64,000 bases of DNA from Burkholderiaceae bacterium (GCA_044225675.1 JBGAIH010000022.1:6018-70017); one strand, 5' to 3'; shown: positions 29,604-40,398, counted from the first letter of the stretch. Translations and numbers: made by a program. The notes: generated from the sequence alone by a model not told the origin.

Positions 29604-30563
29604 TCAACCCAGCTGCTGCTCCAGCTGCTGCTCCAGCTGGTGCAGCACGTCGTAGCACGGCAGCACGCCGGCCACGCTGCTGTTGGGCTCGCGCCCTTCG
29701 CGGATGGCGGCAAAGAACTCGCGGTCCTGCAGCTCGATGCCGTTCATCGACACGTCGACCTTCGACACGTCGATCTTCTCGTCCTTGCCGTTGAACAGGT
29801 CGTCATAGCGCGCAATGTAGGTGGCGCTGTCGCCGATGTAGCGAAAGAAGGTGCCCAGCGGGCCGTCGTTGTTGAACGACAGGCTCAGCGTGCAGATGGC
29901 GCCGTTGGCGGCCTTGAGCTGGATGCTCATGTCCATCGCGATGCCCAGCGCCGGATGGATCGGCCCCTGGATGGCGTTGGCCTTCACGATCGGGCTGCCG
30001 CACTGGTAGGCGAACAGGTCCACCGTATGGGCCGCGTGGTGCCACAGCAGGTGGTCCGTCCAGCTGCGCGGCTGGCCCAGCGCGTTCATGTTGGTGCGGC
30101 GGAAGAAATAGGTCTGCACGTCCATCTGCTGGATGTTGAATTCGCCGGCCTGGATCCTGCGGTGCACGTACTGGTGGCTCGGGTTGAAGCGCCGGGTGTG
30201 CCCGCACATCGCCACGAGGCCGGTCGCCTTCTGCGTGGCCACCACCTCCTGCGCGTCCTTCAGGCTGTCGGCCAGCGGAATCTCGACCTGCACATGCTTG
30301 CCCGCCTTCATGCAGGCGATCGCCTGCGACGCATGCATCTGCGTCGGCGTGCACAGGATCACGGCGTCCACCTCCTTGAGCGCGAGGCTGTCTTCGAGCT
30401 TCGTGCTGACGTGGCCGATGCCGTACTTGGCGGCCACTTCGCGCGTCTTCTCCAGCTCGCGGCTCACGAGCGAGACGACCTCCACGCCGTCGATGTTGCG
30501 GATGCCGTCCAGATGCTTGATGCCGAACGCGCCTGCGCCGGCCAGTGCGACTTTGATGGTCAT
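29604..30563 (-). CDS. ligC: 4-carboxy-2-hydroxymuconate-6-semialdehyde dehydrogenase (LigC/PmdC; Gfo/Idh/MocA)
   Basis: ORF track. MTIKVALAGAGAFGIKH Rossmann start; position is distal in the PCA 4,5-cleavage operon. Confidence 0.85.
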   Translation of the reverse strand: MTIKVALAGAGAFGIKHLDGIRNIDGVEVVSLVSRELEKTREVAAKYGIGHVSTKLEDSLALKEVDAVILCTPTQMHASQAIACMKAGKHVQVEIPLADSLKDAQEVVATQKATGLVAMCGHTRRFNPSHQYVHRRIQAGEFNIQQMDVQTYFFRRTNMNALGQPRSWTDHLLWHHAAHTVDLFAYQCGSPIVKANAIQGPIHPALGIAMDMSIQLKAANGAICTLSLSFNNDGPLGTFFRYIGDSATYIARYDDLFNGKDEKIDVSKVDVSMNGIELQDREFFAAIREGREPNSSVAGVLPCYDVLHQLEQQLEQQLG

Positions 30564-30586
30564 GGCTTGGGTCTTTCTGTCAGTTC

Positions 30587-30613
30587 TTTTCGGGCAGTTT
30601 TTTTCGGGCAGTT
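30587..30613. repeat. 13-bp direct repeat ttttcgggcagtt x 2 in the ligB-ligC spacer
   Basis: Copies at 30587-30599 and 30601-30613. Confidence 0.85.
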
Positions 30614-30623
30614 CTTCTTGCCG

Positions 30624-31522
<899 letters not shown>

Positions 31523-31529
<7 letters not shown>

Positions 31530-31972
31530 AGCAGGCCGCCGCCCTTCTTGCCCGAGCCCTGCGGCTGGCGGTGCGGCTGGGCGTCGCCGTCCTCGCCGAC
31601 GAAGCGGTTGCCCTCGACCGAGCGGCCTCCCTTGATCATCATGTCGCGATACTCCTCTTCAGTGCGTCCGGTCATCGAGCCGGCCATCTGCTGGAAGCTC
31701 TTGCCATGCGTGGCGCCGAGCTTGGCCAGGAAGTAGATGTTGCCGCCGAGCTGGATGCAGCGGTTGAGATCGGCAGCCAGCACCGCCTCCTTCTGCTCTT
31801 CGGTCATCGGCCATTCGTCCAGAACCTTGCGCGGATCGGCCTTGAAGCGCTCGCGGTTCTCGGCCTTCATGAGCGACATGCAGAACTGGTTGAGCCAGTA
31901 GCCCTTGCGGCTTTGCTCCGCGTCGAAGATCGTCGTGCCCGGCACGTCGAGGTAGGGTTTGTCCAGCGGCAT
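31523..31972 (-). CDS. ligA: Protocatechuate 4,5-dioxygenase alpha subunit (LigA/PmdA)
   Basis: ORF track. GTTIFDAEQSRKGYWLNQFCMSL...GGNIYFLAKLGATHG. Confidence 0.9.
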
Positions 31973-31977
31973 GGCGT

Positions 31978-32892
31978 TCAGCTCCAGTACAGACGCATCG
32001 GGTTGTCGACCAGGAGCTTCTTCTGCAGCTCTGCCGTCGGCGCGATGCGGGGGATGTAGTCGACCAGCAGCCCGTCGTCGGGCATGTGGTTCTTGAGGTT
32101 GGGGTGCGGCCAGTCGGTGCCCCAGAGCACGCGGTCGGGGAAGGTCTCCACCAGATGGCGCGCGAATGGCACGACGTCGCTGTAGGCGGCCTGCTCGCCG
32201 TTCAGCGCAGGCGGGCCCGACACGCTGAGCCGCTCGGGGCAGCTGACCTTGGACCAGATGTTCGGATGCTCGCGCATCATCTTCACGAAGAGGCCGAACT
32301 GCGGGCCGTCGACCGGCAGCGTCACGTCGGGCCGGCCCATGTGGTCGACCACCACGGTGGTGGGCAAGGCGGTGAAGAAGTCATACATCTCGGGCAGATC
32401 CTGCGCCTCGAAGTACACCACCACATGCCAGCCCAGCGGCGCAATGCGCTGGGCGATCTCCATCAGCACCTCGCGCGGCGTGAAGTCGGCCAGCCGCTTG
32501 ACGAAGTTGAAGCGCGTGCCGCGCACGCCCGCCGCATGCATGGCCTCGAGCTCGGCGTCGGTCACGTCGCGCGCCACCGTGGCCACGCCGCGCGCCTTGC
32601 CGCCCGAATGCACCAGGGCATCGACCAGCGCCCGGTTGTCGGTGCCGTGGCAGGTGGCCTGCACGATCACGTTGCGGTCGAAGCCGAGATGGTCGCGCAG
32701 CGCGAACAGCTGCTCCTTCGATGCGTCGCAGGGCGTGTACTTGCGCTCGGGCGCATAGGGGAACACGTCGCCCGGGCCGAACACATGGCAGTGCGCGTCC
32801 ACCGCGCCGGGCGGCACCTGAAAGCGCGGCCGGCTCGGGCCGGCGTACCAGTCGAGCCAGCCGGGTGTCTTGTCAAACTTCATGCTGTGCAT
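31978..32892 (-). CDS. ligI: 2-pyrone-4,6-dicarboxylate hydrolase (LigI/PmdD)
   Basis: ORF track. Amidohydrolase without metal: AVDAHCHVFGP...VVDHMGRP...WGTDWPHPN. Confidence 0.9.
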   Translation of the reverse strand: MHSMKFDKTPGWLDWYAGPSRPRFQVPPGAVDAHCHVFGPGDVFPYAPERKYTPCDASKEQLFALRDHLGFDRNVIVQATCHGTDNRALVDALVHSGGKARGVATVARDVTDAELEAMHAAGVRGTRFNFVKRLADFTPREVLMEIAQRIAPLGWHVVVYFEAQDLPEMYDFFTALPTTVVVDHMGRPDVTLPVDGPQFGLFVKMMREHPNIWSKVSCPERLSVSGPPALNGEQAAYSDVVPFARHLVETFPDRVLWGTDWPHPNLKNHMPDDGLLVDYIPRIAPTAELQKKLLVDNPMRLYWS

Positions 32893-32901
32893 TCCTCGCT
32901 G

Positions 32902-33585
32902 TCAGTCGATGTAGCGCAGGCCGGCCTTTTCCAGCGGCTCGCGCATCTTGTACATGTCCAGCCCCAGCACACCGGCCGCCAGCCTGGCGCGCTTGTCGCC
33001 CTCGTTGGCCTCGCGCGCACGCGCGGCTTCCAGCGTCTTGACCGCGAGCGCCGCAGGCACCACGACGACGCCATCGTCGTCGGCCACCACCACGTCGCCC
33101 GGGTTGACGATCATGCCGGCGCACACCACCGGGATGTTGACCGAGCCGACCGTCGCCTTGATCGTGCCCTTGGAACTGATGGCCTTGCTCCAGACCGGAA
33201 AGCCCATCTCGGTCAGCGTCCTGACGTCGCGCACGCCCGCGTCGATCACCAGCGCGCGCGCGCCGCGCGCCTTGAAGCTCGTGGCCAGCAGGTCGCCGAA
33301 GTAGCCGTCGGTGCATTCGGCCGTGATCGCGGCCACGACGATGTCGCCAGGCTGGATCTGCTCGGCCACCACATGCATCATCCAGTTGTCGCCCGGATGC
33401 AGCAGCACGGTGACGGCGGTGCCCGAGACCTGCGCGCCGGCCCAGATCGGCCGCATGTAGGGCTTCATGAGTCCGACGCGGCCCATGGCCTCGTGCACCG
33501 TGGCCGAGCCGAGGGCGGCCAGCCCGTCGGCGGCTTCGCGGTCAGCCCGCTTGATGTTGCGGTAAACAACGCCCAGTTCGTACAT
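32902..33585 (-). CDS. ligK: 4-carboxy-4-hydroxy-2-oxoadipate aldolase / oxaloacetate decarboxylase (LigK/PmdF; RraA-like)
   Basis: ORF track. [14 protein letters not shown]...[24 protein letters not shown]. Confidence 0.9.
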   Translation of the reverse strand: MYELGVVYRNIKRADREAADGLAALGSATVHEAMGRVGLMKPYMRPIWAGAQVSGTAVTVLLHPGDNWMMHVVAEQIQPGDIVVAAITAECTDGYFGDLLATSFKARGARALVIDAGVRDVRTLTEMGFPVWSKAISSKGTIKATVGSVNIPVVCAGMIVNPGDVVVADDDGVVVVPAALAVKTLEAARAREANEGDKRARLAAGVLGLDMYKMREPLEKAGLRYID

Positions 33586-33587
33586 GG

Positions 33588-34634
33588 TCAGAGTCCTTTG
33601 GCTTGGGTTTTTGCCTTGAGGCGCGCGTCCAGACGCGAGAACACACGCCGCGCGTTGGCTTCATAGATCTGGTGGCGGTCGGCGTCGCTCAGGATCGGCG
33701 AAGCCTCGATGTAGCGCCTGGTGTCGTCGTAGTAGTGGCCCGTCTCGGGGTCGATGCCGCGCACCGCGCCGATCATCTCGGAGGCGAACAGCACGTTCTT
33801 GACCGGGATCACCGTGTTGAGCAGGTTGATGCCCGGCTGGTGGTACACGCAGGTGTCGAAGAAGATGTTGTTCAGCACGTGCTCGGTCAGCAGGGGCTTC
33901 TTCATCTCCTGCGCCAGGCCGCGGAAGCGCCCCCAGTGGTAGGGCACGGCGCCGCCGCCGTGCGGGATCAGGAACTTCAGCGTCGGGAAGTCCTTGAAGA
34001 GATCGCCCTGCACGCACTGCATGAAGGCCGTGGTGTCGGCGTTCAGGTAGTGGGCGCCCGTGGTGTGGAAGCACGGATTGCAGCTCGTGCTCACGTGGAT
34101 CATGGCCGGCAGGTCGTACTCGACCATCTTCTCGTAGATCGGGTACCAGTGGCGGTCGGTCAGCGGCGAGCTGTTCCAGTGCCCGCCCGAGGGGTCGGGG
34201 TTGAGGTTGATGCCGACGGCGCCGTACTGCTTGACGCACTTTTCCAGCTCGGGGATGCAGGTGGCCGGATCGACACCCGGGGACTGCGGCAGCATCGCCA
34301 CGGGCACGAAGTGGTCCGGGAACAGCTGGCTCACGCGGAAGCACAGCTCGTTGCAAATGGCAGCCCAGGTCGACGACACCTGGAAGTCGCCGATGTGATG
34401 GGCCATGAAGCTCGCGCGCGGCGAGAACAGCGTGAGGTCGCTGCCGCGCTCTTTCATCAGTCGCAACTGGTTGCTCTCGATGCTTTCGCGCAGGTCGTCG
34501 TCGCTGATCTTCAGGTCCGACGCGCGGGGCATGACGGACGGGTCCTGGATGCCGGCGATCTGCTGGTTGCGCCAGGTCTCCAGCGCCTTGGGGGCGGTGG
34601 TGTAGTGGCCGTGGCAGTCGATGATGAGGCTCAT
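33588..34634 (-). CDS. ligJ: 4-oxalomesaconate hydratase (LigJ/PmdE; amidohydrolase)
   Basis: ORF track. [12 protein letters not shown]...[12 protein letters not shown]...[22 protein letters not shown]...PHGGGAVPY is collinear with LigJ. Confidence 0.9.
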   Translation of the reverse strand: MSLIIDCHGHYTTAPKALETWRNQQIAGIQDPSVMPRASDLKISDDDLRESIESNQLRLMKERGSDLTLFSPRASFMAHHIGDFQVSSTWAAICNELCFRVSQLFPDHFVPVAMLPQSPGVDPATCIPELEKCVKQYGAVGINLNPDPSGGHWNSSPLTDRHWYPIYEKMVEYDLPAMIHVSTSCNPCFHTTGAHYLNADTTAFMQCVQGDLFKDFPTLKFLIPHGGGAVPYHWGRFRGLAQEMKKPLLTEHVLNNIFFDTCVYHQPGINLLNTVIPVKNVLFASEMIGAVRGIDPETGHYYDDTRRYIEASPILSDADRHQIYEANARRVFSRLDARLKAKTQAKGL

Positions 34635-34661
34635 GCGTTCTCCTGGGATTTTGTCGTGGGG

Positions 34662-35360
34662 TCAGGCGGGCTCCATGCCCTGGCGCCGCTTGGCGTCGGC
34701 TGCGGCCGGCGCGGCCATGAAGGCCAGCAGCGCGCGCGCCGCCTCGGGCTGCCGCGCCGTGGCCGCCACCGCGCCGCTGAAGGTGGTGATGATCTGGATG
34801 GCTTCGGGGAGCGCCCCCACGAGCGTGATGCCCTGCAGGTGGATCAGTTCGCTCAGTTGCTGGAAGCCCAGCGCCACGTCGCCGCGCGCCACCAGCGAGC
34901 CGACGGGCACGCCAGGCGGCGCCTGCACCATGCGCGGCGCGATCGCCTCGGCAATACCCCAGCGCTCGAACAGCCGCGTGAGCGCCACGCCGCTCGGCCC
35001 GGTGGAGTAGCTGATGCTCGGCGCGGCCAGCACGGCCGCGCGGACGGCCTCCTCGCTGGCGATGTCCGGCACCGGAGCACCGGCGCGCACCGCCACCGCC
35101 ACGCCCGAGCGCACCAGGTCGACCCGGCTGCCCTGCACCGCGTGCCCGGAAGCGATGAGCTTGTCGATGGCGTCGGAGGCGAGCATCACGGCGTCGAACA
35201 CTTCGCCGGCCTGGACCCGCCGCGCAGCGTCGACACCCCCGACCGATTCGATGGCCACGGCCTGGCCGGTCTGCCCTTCGAACGCGGTCGACAGCTCCGC
35301 CAGCACCTGGCGCGTGGCCATCGATGAAATGCAGGAGATCGGAAGTCGGAAATCAGCCAT
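34662..35360 (-). CDS. Leaderless ModA/PBP2-like substrate-binding-domain protein, first gene of the pmd/lig operon
   Basis: ORF track. No signal peptide (MADFRLPISCISSMATRQVL). Periplasmic-binding-protein type 2 pattern: ESVGGVDAARRVQAGEVFD...GFQQLSELIHLQGITLVGALP. Confidence 0.7.
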   Translation of the reverse strand: MADFRLPISCISSMATRQVLAELSTAFEGQTGQAVAIESVGGVDAARRVQAGEVFDAVMLASDAIDKLIASGHAVQGSRVDLVRSGVAVAVRAGAPVPDIASEEAVRAAVLAAPSISYSTGPSGVALTRLFERWGIAEAIAPRMVQAPPGVPVGSLVARGDVALGFQQLSELIHLQGITLVGALPEAIQIITTFSGAVAATARQPEAARALLAFMAAPAAADAKRRQGMEPA

Positions 35361-35405
35361 CGGCGGATTCTGGTCGCAATGGAGCTATGCAAAAAGTCGC
35401 CAGGG

Positions 35406-35420
35406 TATCTATCAGGTATA
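35406..35420. promoter_or_regulatory. TAT-N9-ATA dyad (contains T-N11-A); candidate LysR box in the divergent control region
   Basis: tatctatcaggtata lies in the middle of the 103-bp gap between 35360 and 35464. Confidence 0.3.
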
Positions 35421-35463
35421 TCATTCCAGAATAGGATTGCGGCGGCTCCGGCCCTCCCCCTTC

Positions 35464-36375
35464 ATGGACCTCAAGCAGCTTGAATATTTCGTCCGCGTCG
35501 CCGAGATGGGCAGCTTCACCCGCGCGGCCGCCGCCCTCAACGTCGCGCAACCGGCCCTGAGTCGCCAGGTGCGGCTGCTGGAGGTCGAATTGCGCCAGAG
35601 CCTGCTGGTGCGCAACGGCCGGGGCGCCTCGCCCACCGAAGCGGGCAAGCTGCTGCTGGACCACGGGCGCGGCATCCTGCACCAGATCGAACGCGCGCGC
35701 GAGGACCTCGGGCGCCTGCGCGGCGGCCTCGTTGGCCGGGTGGCGCTCGGCCTGCCGCCGAGCGTGGCACGGGTCATGGCCGTGCCGCTGACACGCGCGC
35801 TTCGCGAGCAGTTGCCCGACGCCCGCCTGTCCATCACCGAAGGCCTGTCGGGTGCCATGCAGGAGGGCCTGAGCGCCGGCCGGCTGGACATCGTCATGCT
35901 CTACAACGCCCAGCCCTCGCGCGAGCTGGACGTCACCCCGCTGATGCACGAGCAGCTGATGCTGGTGCGCGCCCGCCCGCCGGGCCTGCTGGAAGACCCG
36001 CCCGCCGGCCCGGTGGAGCTCCACGAGGTGGCGCAGTTGCCGCTCGTCATCCCCACGCGGCCCAACGCGATCCGCATGCATGTGGAGGCCGAGATGGCGG
36101 CCCTCGGCCTGCGGCCCATGGTGGCGCTGGAGATCGACGGAGTGTCGGCCATCCTCGACCTGGTGGCCGATGGCGCGGGCTGCGCCGTGCTGTCGCGCAA
36201 CGCCGTGCTCACCTCGCTGCGGCCCTGGGCCTATTCCGTCCAGGCCATCGGCACGCCGCCCCTGAGCATCCCGCTGTCGCTGGCCACCAGCCTGCAGCGG
36301 CCGGCCACGCCGGTGCAGCAGGCTGCGCTGGCACTCATCCGGCAGACGGCGCCGGGGGTTCTGGCACACGTCTGA
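35464..36375 (+). CDS. LysR-family transcriptional regulator (PmdR/LigR-like)
   Basis: ORF 35014..36375 trimmed to ATG 35464 (MDLKQLEYFVRVAEMGSFTRAAAALNVAQPALSRQVRLLE). Divergent from the pmd operon. Confidence 0.9.
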   Translation: MDLKQLEYFVRVAEMGSFTRAAAALNVAQPALSRQVRLLEVELRQSLLVRNGRGASPTEAGKLLLDHGRGILHQIERAREDLGRLRGGLVGRVALGLPPSVARVMAVPLTRALREQLPDARLSITEGLSGAMQEGLSAGRLDIVMLYNAQPSRELDVTPLMHEQLMLVRARPPGLLEDPPAGPVELHEVAQLPLVIPTRPNAIRMHVEAEMAALGLRPMVALEIDGVSAILDLVADGAGCAVLSRNAVLTSLRPWAYSVQAIGTPPLSIPLSLATSLQRPATPVQQAALALIRQTAPGVLAHV

Positions 36376-36465
36376 CGCGTCCAGTCTGACCGCCCTCTGC
36401 GGGCTGCCCTGAGCGCCCAGCCCGTCCTGGGCACCCAGCCCATCGCGCCGATGAGCCGGAGCGAC

Positions 36466-36858
36466 TCAGGGCATCACGGGCACGCGGCGCTTGCGCTTGA
36501 CGATCACGGGCACTTGGGCGGGGGCAGGTGCTGCAGGCGCTGCCGCCTGCGGCTCTTCAGCAGCGCCGCCCTCGGGCAACGGGCTCTGCGGGCTCCTTGC
36601 CACCACGGGAGGCTTCCAGCGCGGCCCCATGACCTTGCGCAGCGCCGCCAGCACCTTCGACGCGTTCAGCGGCGTCAGGACGGCGCCATTGACCTGCACG
36701 AAACTGCCGTCCGGCGTGAAGGCCAGAGCGCCAAACTCCATGCCGCACTGGACGCGGCCAAAGTACTGGAAACCGGGGTGGTGCACCGCGGTGAACATCG
36801 ACAGGTTGATGTCGGGATTGATAGTCAGCGATTTGCTCATCGAGCCGCCATTGTGCAT
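36466..36858 (-). CDS. Hypothetical protein: globular N-terminus, Pro/Ala-rich linker, basic tail
   Basis: ORF track, with high third-position GC in this frame. Start is either 36858 or the MSKSLT ATG at 36840. C-terminus is VIVKRKRRVPVMP. No family recognised. Confidence 0.55.
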   Translation of the reverse strand: MHNGGSMSKSLTINPDINLSMFTAVHHPGFQYFGRVQCGMEFGALAFTPDGSFVQVNGAVLTPLNASKVLAALRKVMGPRWKPPVVARSPQSPLPEGGAAEEPQAAAPAAPAPAQVPVIVKRKRRVPVMP

Positions 36859-36938
36859 GGTTCGAAGCGCCGCAGACTGTTACAAAATGACAGGGCACAA
36901 TAGGGATCGAATTTCCGCTGTCTGCCCCCCGCCTGTCC

Positions 36939-37274
36939 ATGCCTGCGATCCCTGCCCCGCCCTATGAAGACCGCGACCCGCCGCGCGCCGAGATCGACGC
37001 ACTGCCGGGCCCGACCCTGCTCGAATTCGGCAGCAACAGCTGCGGCATCTGCAGCGCCACCCAGCCGCGCGTGGCTGAGGCGCTGGCGGCGCATCCCGTG
37101 CGGCACCTCAAGATCGAGGACGGCCGGGGGCGTCGCCTGGGCCGCAGCTTTGGCGTGAAGCTCTGGCCGACGCTGGTGTTTCTGGACGGCGGCCGGGAAG
37201 TGGCCCGCCTGGTGCGCCCGCACAGCGCCGCCCTCATTCAGGAAAGCCTGGCCGCCCTCCCGGCGCAAGGCTGA
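36939..37274 (+). CDS. Thioredoxin-fold protein with CGIC active-site variant
   Basis: ORF track. LLEFGSNSCGICSATQP...WPTLVFLDGGRE (cis-Pro region). Confidence 0.7.
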   Translation: MPAIPAPPYEDRDPPRAEIDALPGPTLLEFGSNSCGICSATQPRVAEALAAHPVRHLKIEDGRGRRLGRSFGVKLWPTLVFLDGGREVARLVRPHSAALIQESLAALPAQG

Positions 37275-37300
37275 AAGCCGTCCCAGAGGAGCCAGCCCGC

Positions 37301-37732
37301 ATGAAGATCCCGCTGGCACTCCTCCTTGCCGCCTCCTGCGGGTGGGCCTGCGCCCAGGACGTCTGGCTCACGGTCACCGGCAACCCGGATGACGTGAGCG
37401 TGAACACGATCGAGGTCGACCCGGTACCGCTCGAGGTGCGCGACGAGCAGCGCATCATGCGCATCCGCGTCAGCCGCTCTTCCCAGCGCATGAGCTGGGA
37501 CGGCACACCGTACCGCTCCTATGTCGCGCGCGTCCAGATCAACTGCACCGACAACTCGGCGCGCTACCAGTCCATCACCTTCCATCCCTTGCCCGTGTGG
37601 AAGGGCGAACCGTCCAGGACCACCGACTACACCAGCGGTCCGCCGCGCCTGATGGAGTTTCGCGACGTATCGCCCAACCCCAATCTGCGCATCATCCGCG
37701 CGGCCTGCATCGCCATCAGCCGGGGCTCCTGA
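37301..37732 (+). CDS. Secreted hypothetical protein (possibly surface-adhesin-E-like)
   Basis: ORF track. Signal peptide MKIPLALLLAASCGWACAQ. The family guess is from memory only. Confidence 0.6.
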   Translation: MKIPLALLLAASCGWACAQDVWLTVTGNPDDVSVNTIEVDPVPLEVRDEQRIMRIRVSRSSQRMSWDGTPYRSYVARVQINCTDNSARYQSITFHPLPVWKGEPSRTTDYTSGPPRLMEFRDVSPNPNLRIIRAACIAISRGS

Positions 37733-37947
37733 CAGGGTCGCCGCCATGCCCGGCACGGGCTGTCCAAGCGCACCAGCGGGCGGTAACCCGCTGGCGCCTT
37801 GCCAGGGAATCCGGATCGGTAAAGCCGCATTCCCAAGCCACAAGTGTGTTCCGGAAGTCCTGAAAAAACTTGCTGAATTTCATCGAATCTCTCTCAGATC
37901 AAGAAAAAATCATTGAGAAAGTTATTTTTCAAGGATATTCTTGCTCA

Positions 37948-38400
37948 ATGGATGCGATTGACAAGAAAATTCTCAAAGCGCTGCAGGCCAACGCGCGCGC
38001 CAGCCTGCAGGACATCGGGCAGGCCGTGGGGCTGAGCACCTCGCCCTGCTGGGCCCGCATCCGCAAGATGGAAGAGGCTGGCGTGATCGAGGGTTACACC
38101 GTGCGGCTCAACGCGCAGGCGCTCGGCTTCCATGACACGGTCATGGTCCAGGTCACGCTCGACAGCCACTCGGACAACACGCTGGAAAAATTCGGCGAGG
38201 TGCTGGCCGCGATTCCCGAGGTGATCGAGGCCTATCTCGTCTCGGGCGAGTACGACTACCTGCTTCGCGTGGCGGTGCGCGACACCCGCGACTACGAGCG
38301 GCTGCTGCGGGAGCGGCTCTACAAGATCAAGGGGATCCGGCACAGCATGTCGAGCTTCGTGCTGCGCACGCTCAAGAAGGCCGAGCTGCCCCTGATCTGA
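37948..38400 (+). CDS. Lrp/AsnC-family transcriptional regulator
   Basis: ORF 37870..38400 trimmed to ATG 37948 (MDAIDKKILKALQANARASLQDIGQAVGLSTSPCWARIRKMEEAGVI). An AT-rich patch lies upstream. Confidence 0.9.
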   Translation: MDAIDKKILKALQANARASLQDIGQAVGLSTSPCWARIRKMEEAGVIEGYTVRLNAQALGFHDTVMVQVTLDSHSDNTLEKFGEVLAAIPEVIEAYLVSGEYDYLLRVAVRDTRDYERLLRERLYKIKGIRHSMSSFVLRTLKKAELPLI

Positions 38401-38440
38401 GCGCCCGCACCGCCCTGCCGGGCCTCGGCCCGCCCGCGCT

Positions 38441-39346
38441 TCAGGCCTTCGGCAGCCTGTCGATCAGCCGGTCCGCGTAGTCCTGCCAAGGCGCGTCCTT
38501 GGGCAAGCCATCGAACACGCCGGCCCGCGCCGCGTCGGCCACCCACTGCTGCTTGTCGGCGATGGCGCGCGCCATGAAGGGCTCGAAGCCGGCTTCGTTC
38601 ACGGTGTTGGCGGCCTCGCGCATCTCCTCGGCGCGGCGACGGCCGTGCTGCACCACGCGGCTGAAGAAGTACGCGCCCTGACGTGACCAGTCGATGGACG
38701 GGAAGGTCTCGACCAGCGTCGGCAGCACATGGTCTTCGACACCGTGGCGGCGCGCGGTGGCGTAGCTCTCGATCACCAGCGCCTCCAGGCCCTTGATCAT
38801 GACGCTGCGGCACATCTTGATCGCCGAGGCCACACCCAGCCGGTCGCTCACCGCGCGCGTGTCCATGCCCCAGCCCGCCAGCAACGGCGACAGCTCGGCC
38901 GCGCGTGCGCCGCCGAGCAGGATGGGAACGCGGATCCCGTAGGGCGGCACCGAGGTCATGACGCCGGCTTCCACATAATGCGCGCCCTGCCCCTCCACCG
39001 CCTGAGCGCAATGCTGCTTGGTGCCCGGTGATGCCGAGTTGAGGTCGAGAAACAGCGAACCCGGCCGCAGGAAAGGCGCCGCCTCGCGCGCCACGGCCAG
39101 CGTGCTCGAAGCCGTGACGGCCGAGATGACGAGATCGCTGGCCGCGCAGAGGGCCTGCATCGACGGCTGGGCGTGGACGCCGGCCGACGCTGCATGCGCC
39201 AGCTCCGCCTCGCGCCGCCCGGGATCGCCGAAGCTGAGGTCCCACGCATGGACGGACTCCACGCCGGGCTTGCCTCGCAAACCAGCGCTGAAGATCTTGC
39301 CCACCTCGCCGTAGCCGACGAGCCCGATGCTGCGAATCGTGGTCAT
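38441..39346 (-). CDS. NAD(P)-dependent oxidoreductase (6PGDH-type NAD-binding plus DUF1932-like C-terminus)
   Basis: ORF track. IGLVGYGEVGKIF Rossmann motif. Confidence 0.75.
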   Translation of the reverse strand: MTTIRSIGLVGYGEVGKIFSAGLRGKPGVESVHAWDLSFGDPGRREAELAHAASAGVHAQPSMQALCAASDLVISAVTASSTLAVAREAAPFLRPGSLFLDLNSASPGTKQHCAQAVEGQGAHYVEAGVMTSVPPYGIRVPILLGGARAAELSPLLAGWGMDTRAVSDRLGVASAIKMCRSVMIKGLEALVIESYATARRHGVEDHVLPTLVETFPSIDWSRQGAYFFSRVVQHGRRRAEEMREAANTVNEAGFEPFMARAIADKQQWVADAARAGVFDGLPKDAPWQDYADRLIDRLPKA

Positions 39347-39367
39347 GTCTGGCGGTTCCGTCGCGGC

Positions 39368-40351
39368 TTACTGCTTGGCGATCTTCGCGCGGGTGATCAC
39401 CTCGTCCCAGCGCTTGATCTCGCTGGCCAGCTGCTGGCCGAGCTGCTCGGGGGTGCTCGCATGCGCCACGAGATTGAGGTCCAGCAGCTTGGCCTTGACG
39501 TCCGGCAGGTTCAGGGCGGCCTGCGTCTCGCGCGCCAGCCGCGCGATCACTGCAGGCGGCGTCTTGGCCGGCACGGCCAGGCCGTTCCATGACGACACGT
39601 TGAAGCTTGCCAGCGAACCGCCGGCCTCGCGGGCGGCGGGCACCGAAGGCAACTGCGCGGCGCGCTTGTCGCCCAGCACCGCCAGCGGCCGCAGCGCCTT
39701 GGCGTTGATCTGCGGCATGAGCGGACCGAGGATGTCGATGGCTGCGTCGAGCTGGCCGCCGCGCAGCGCGGTGAGCACGGGCGGCGTGCCGTTGAAGGGC
39801 ACGATCTGCGCGTCGATGCCCGCGCTCGACTTGAACAGCTCGGCCGCCAGGTTCTGCGTGGTGCCGATGTTCGGCGTGCCGATGTTGAGCTTGCCCGGGT
39901 TGGCGCGGGCGTAGGCCAGCAGTTCGGCCAGCGTCTTGTAGGGCCCGGTTTCGCTCACCACAAGTGCCAGGTCGAAGGTGGCAAGCATCGACACCGGCGC
40001 GAAGTCCTTCATCGTGTCGAAGGGCAGCGACTTGAACAGCGCCTGGCTCACGGCCGTGCCGCTGGACACCAGCAGCACGGTGTGCCCGTCGGGGTCGGCC
40101 TTGGCCACCATCTCACCGGCGACGACGCCGCCGGCACTGGGCTTGTTGTCGATGACCACGGCCTGGCCGAGGGCGTCGGCCATCTTCTGCCCGACCGTGC
40201 GGGCGGTGATGTCGGCCGCGCCACCCGCCGCGTTGGGCACGACGATGCGGATCGGCTTGCTGGGAAAGGCCTGCGCCTGCGCGAGGCGCGGCAGGGTGGC
40301 GCCAAGGGCCAGGGCGGCAGCGGCACCGATGAGTTCGCGTCGTTGTTGCAT
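39368..40351 (-). CDS. Bug/TctC-family TTT substrate-binding protein
   Basis: ORF 39368..40780 trimmed to ATG 40351 (MQQRRELIGAAAALALGATLPRLAQAQAFPSKPIRIVVPNAAGGAAD). Confidence 0.85.
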   Translation of the reverse strand: MQQRRELIGAAAALALGATLPRLAQAQAFPSKPIRIVVPNAAGGAADITARTVGQKMADALGQAVVIDNKPSAGGVVAGEMVAKADPDGHTVLLVSSGTAVSQALFKSLPFDTMKDFAPVSMLATFDLALVVSETGPYKTLAELLAYARANPGKLNIGTPNIGTTQNLAAELFKSSAGIDAQIVPFNGTPPVLTALRGGQLDAAIDILGPLMPQINAKALRPLAVLGDKRAAQLPSVPAAREAGGSLASFNVSSWNGLAVPAKTPPAVIARLARETQAALNLPDVKAKLLDLNLVAHASTPEQLGQQLASEIKRWDEVITRAKIAKQ

Positions 40352-40398
40352 GGGGGGCTCCAGTTGAATGATCTTCTCGGACGGACCGCGCCTGGCTG

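Noticed and set aside
36362-36377. tggcac-N5-tgac, a sigma-54-like element
   Set aside because: The -12 element is imperfect. It overlaps the LysR stop codon, and no plus-strand gene lies within 560 bp downstream.
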